DNA of 62,335 bases. It comes from a bacterium (GTDB lineage: Bacteria; SZUA-79; Acidulodesulfobacterales; Acidulodesulfobacteraceae). The notes beneath the pieces are model-generated. The model ran no database searches. It worked only from the letters and a program-made list of their open reading frames with translations, and was not told the DNA's origin. Where the stretch lies: assembly GCA_021798015.1 (NCBI GenBank), contig JAJZYP010000001.1, forward strand, positions 1 to 62,335, read 5' to 3'. The position numbers were made by a program, and so were the translations under genes. Shown one piece after another: positions 60,754 through 62,335 of the stretch (its first letter is position 1; each line of letters starts with the position of its first letter).

Positions 60754-62335
60754 ATGATGAAAAGATTAAAAGGTTACGGCTTGAGCATCTTTTTAATTTT
60801 TACATTCTTTATTTCTACAATTCCTCATGTCTTTGCATCAAATCTTAACAACCAAAATTTTATTCAGATAAAATTTAAAACATCTAAATATAAAAATAAA
60901 ATAAAAAATAGGGCTAATCATAAAGATTCCGCAAGTGTGGTTATAGTTAACTCATCCACTGCTTCCAACAATATTATTCCTGACGGCACGCTAAAATCGT
61001 CAATGAAAAATATCAATACATTACTTAATAATAATAGTAAAAAAAATTCTAAACACATTTCAATAAAATCTGATAAAAAAACGGTAAATTTAAATTCCAA
61101 TAATCGCTCAATAAATACTGATTTAGTCAAATCCGGCCTTTTAGCAACAAAGGGCAATTACAAAAGAAATTTATCCCATATATTCCCGATGATAATAAAT
61201 AAAGAAATTGTCCATTATATACATTATTATCAAACCGCGGGGAGGAAGTTTTTTAAATACGCTCTTTCAAGATCGGAAAGATACATTCCAATGATAAAAA
61301 AAATTTTTAATAAATTAGGACTACCAAACGACCTGGCATATCTTGCCATGATTGAAAGCGGTTTTTCTCCTTCAGCTTATTCTTACGCCGGAGCCAGCGG
61401 AATGTGGCAGTTTATCCCATCTACAGGAAGGCTGTTTGGTTTAACGATAAATTGGTGGGTTGATGAAAGAAGAAATCCTGTCGAATCCACGTATGCCGCG
61501 GGTAAATATTTAAAGGATCTTTTCGATAAGTTTGGTTCGTGGTATCTTGCCGCCGCGGCTTATAATTCCGGCGAATTAACTATTGAAAGGGCTTTATCGC
61601 TATATCCGGGAGGAAACTTTTGGACAATCTCTCAAAATAGGCCATATCTTTTACCTGGACAAACAAGGAGGTATGTACCTAAGATAATTGCCGCCGCAAT
61701 TATTGCGAAAGATCCTGAAAATTTTGGATTTCATAATATAACCTATGAAAAACCTATCAAATTTAAACAGGTAAATGTTCCTTTTTCCGTCAGCTTATAT
61801 GCTCTTGCAAAATGCGCCGACATTTCAGAAAATAAACTGTGGCATATGAATCAAGATCTATTAAGAAACGCAACCCCTCCGAATGATCCCGGATTTATGC
61901 TTAATATACCAGCAGATAAATATAAAATTTTTATGAAAAATTTTAAGCACATTAAAAAATATATTAATCAAGAACCTCAGGTTATTAACATATCTTATAA
62001 AAGATCTAAAAACAACATTTATTACACCATCGAGCCGGGCAATACCCTTATGGGGATAGCCTCTAAATACGGAATATCTCTTGGAACATTAGAGCGATAT
62101 AACAACCTTAATAATTATTCCGTCCTCAGGGTAGGGGAAAGAATTACTATTCCCGGAACAAATTCATCTATTCAAAGCAATAATAATTACCAAATTAGTA
62201 CCAATGAATATTACACCATCGAGCCGGGCAATACCCTTATGGGGATAGCCTCTAAATACGGAATATCTCTTGGAACATTAGAGCGATATAACAACCTTAA
62301 TAATTATTCCGTCCTCAGGGTAGGGGAAAGAATTA
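60754..62335 (+). CDS. mltD: Membrane-bound lytic murein transglycosylase (MltD-like: SLT domain plus C-terminal LysM modules). It is partial: the 3' end lies beyond the window.
   Basis: It is absent from the ORF track because it runs off the window. My translation from the ATG at 60754 gives MMKRLKGYGLSIFLIFTFFISTIPHVFA (a signal peptide). It continues with the SLT catalytic region AYLAMIESGFSPSAYSYAGASGMWQFIPSTGR...AAAAYNSGE. LysM modules follow (YYTIEPGNTLMGIASKYGISLGTLERYNNLNNYSVLRVGERITIPG). Confidence 0.85.
   Translation, partial: MMKRLKGYGLSIFLIFTFFISTIPHVFASNLNNQNFIQIKFKTSKYKNKIKNRANHKDSASVVIVNSSTASNNIIPDGTLKSSMKNINTLLNNNSKKNSKHISIKSDKKTVNLNSNNRSINTDLVKSGLLATKGNYKRNLSHIFPMIINKEIVHYIHYYQTAGRKFFKYALSRSERYIPMIKKIFNKLGLPNDLAYLAMIESGFSPSAYSYAGASGMWQFIPSTGRLFGLTINWWVDERRNPVESTYAAGKYLKDLFDKFGSWYLAAAAYNSGELTIERALSLYPGGNFWTISQNRPYLLPGQTRRYVPKIIAAAIIAKDPENFGFHNITYEKPIKFKQVNVPFSVSLYALAKCADISENKLWHMNQDLLRNATPPNDPGFMLNIPADKYKIFMKNFKHIKKYINQEPQVINISYKRSKNNIYYTIEPGNTLMGIASKYGISLGTLERYNNLNNYSVLRVGERITIPGTNSSIQSNNNYQISTNEYYTIEPGNTLMGIASKYGISLGTLERYNNLNNYSVLRVGERI
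62020..62335 (+). repeat. Perfect 127-nt direct repeat (62020..62146 and 62209..62335, period 189 nt) encoding duplicated LysM modules. The second copy is cut by the window end.
   Basis: Base-by-base comparison shows the two copies are identical from TATTACACCATCGAGCCGGGC... to ...GGGGAAAGAATTA. Both are in frame with the MltD-like ORF. Confidence 0.85.

Noticed and set aside
60918-61157. A 79-aa minus-strand ORF
   Set aside because: It is antisense to the N-terminal region of the MltD-like gene. That gene reads through continuously from 60754 into a clear SLT domain.

Overview
This 62.3-kb window is AT-rich and comes from a diderm bacterium: it carries lipid A, BAM and Lol genes. A futalosine-pathway gene, NfnAB and a psd-pssA pair inside the ilv-leu cluster suggest an anaerobic Desulfobacterota- or Nitrospirota-like lineage, but that is a low-confidence inference. 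I call 55 protein genes, and 52 of them are on the minus strand with short gaps or ATGA-type overlaps, which is typical of a core chromosomal region.

Gene content along the plus-strand coordinates:
- lpxA (partial, missing from the ORF track), fabZ, lpxD, skp, bamA, lolD, lolCE, lysS.
- prfB with its programmed +1 frameshift, lnt, mazG.
- The dgkA(-PAP2 fusion)-ybeY-pgpH-phoH operon.
- An orphan pseudopilin, murJ, asd.
- leuB-leuD-leuC-leuA-pssA-psd-ilvC-ilvN-ilvB-ilvD.
- A DUF465-like small protein, tsaB, rseP, pheT.
- dprA, a comFC-like PRTase and a plus-strand UvrD-like helicase with an unassigned N-terminal domain, then pheS.
- tRNA-Leu(UAA), nfnB, nfnA, tRNA-Cys(GCA).
- A secreted protein with three Ig-like repeats, a TM+TPR protein, queD, a SurA-N-like protein.
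- An orphan histidine kinase (+), mqnA-like, a HAD phosphatase, a GalT-like HIT transferase, an alkaline-phosphatase-superfamily enzyme.
- An ABC-2 permease without an ATPase, a SAM methyltransferase, purA, hisZ, serA, a class-V aminotransferase.
- A partial MltD-like lytic transglycosylase with LysM modules (+, also missing from the ORF track).

I found no rRNA, CRISPR array, transposase, integrase or recognisable toxin-antitoxin or defence operon.

The best candidates for something undescribed are modest:
1. The 3.7-kb helicase/ComFC-like/DprA insert that splits the normally contiguous pheS-pheT pair.
2. A 62% G+C, structure-prone segment at the 5' end of phoH, which may be a leader RNA rather than coding sequence.
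3. The GalT-like / AP-superfamily / orphan ABC-2 permease / methyltransferase cluster.

None of these can be proven from sequence inspection alone.
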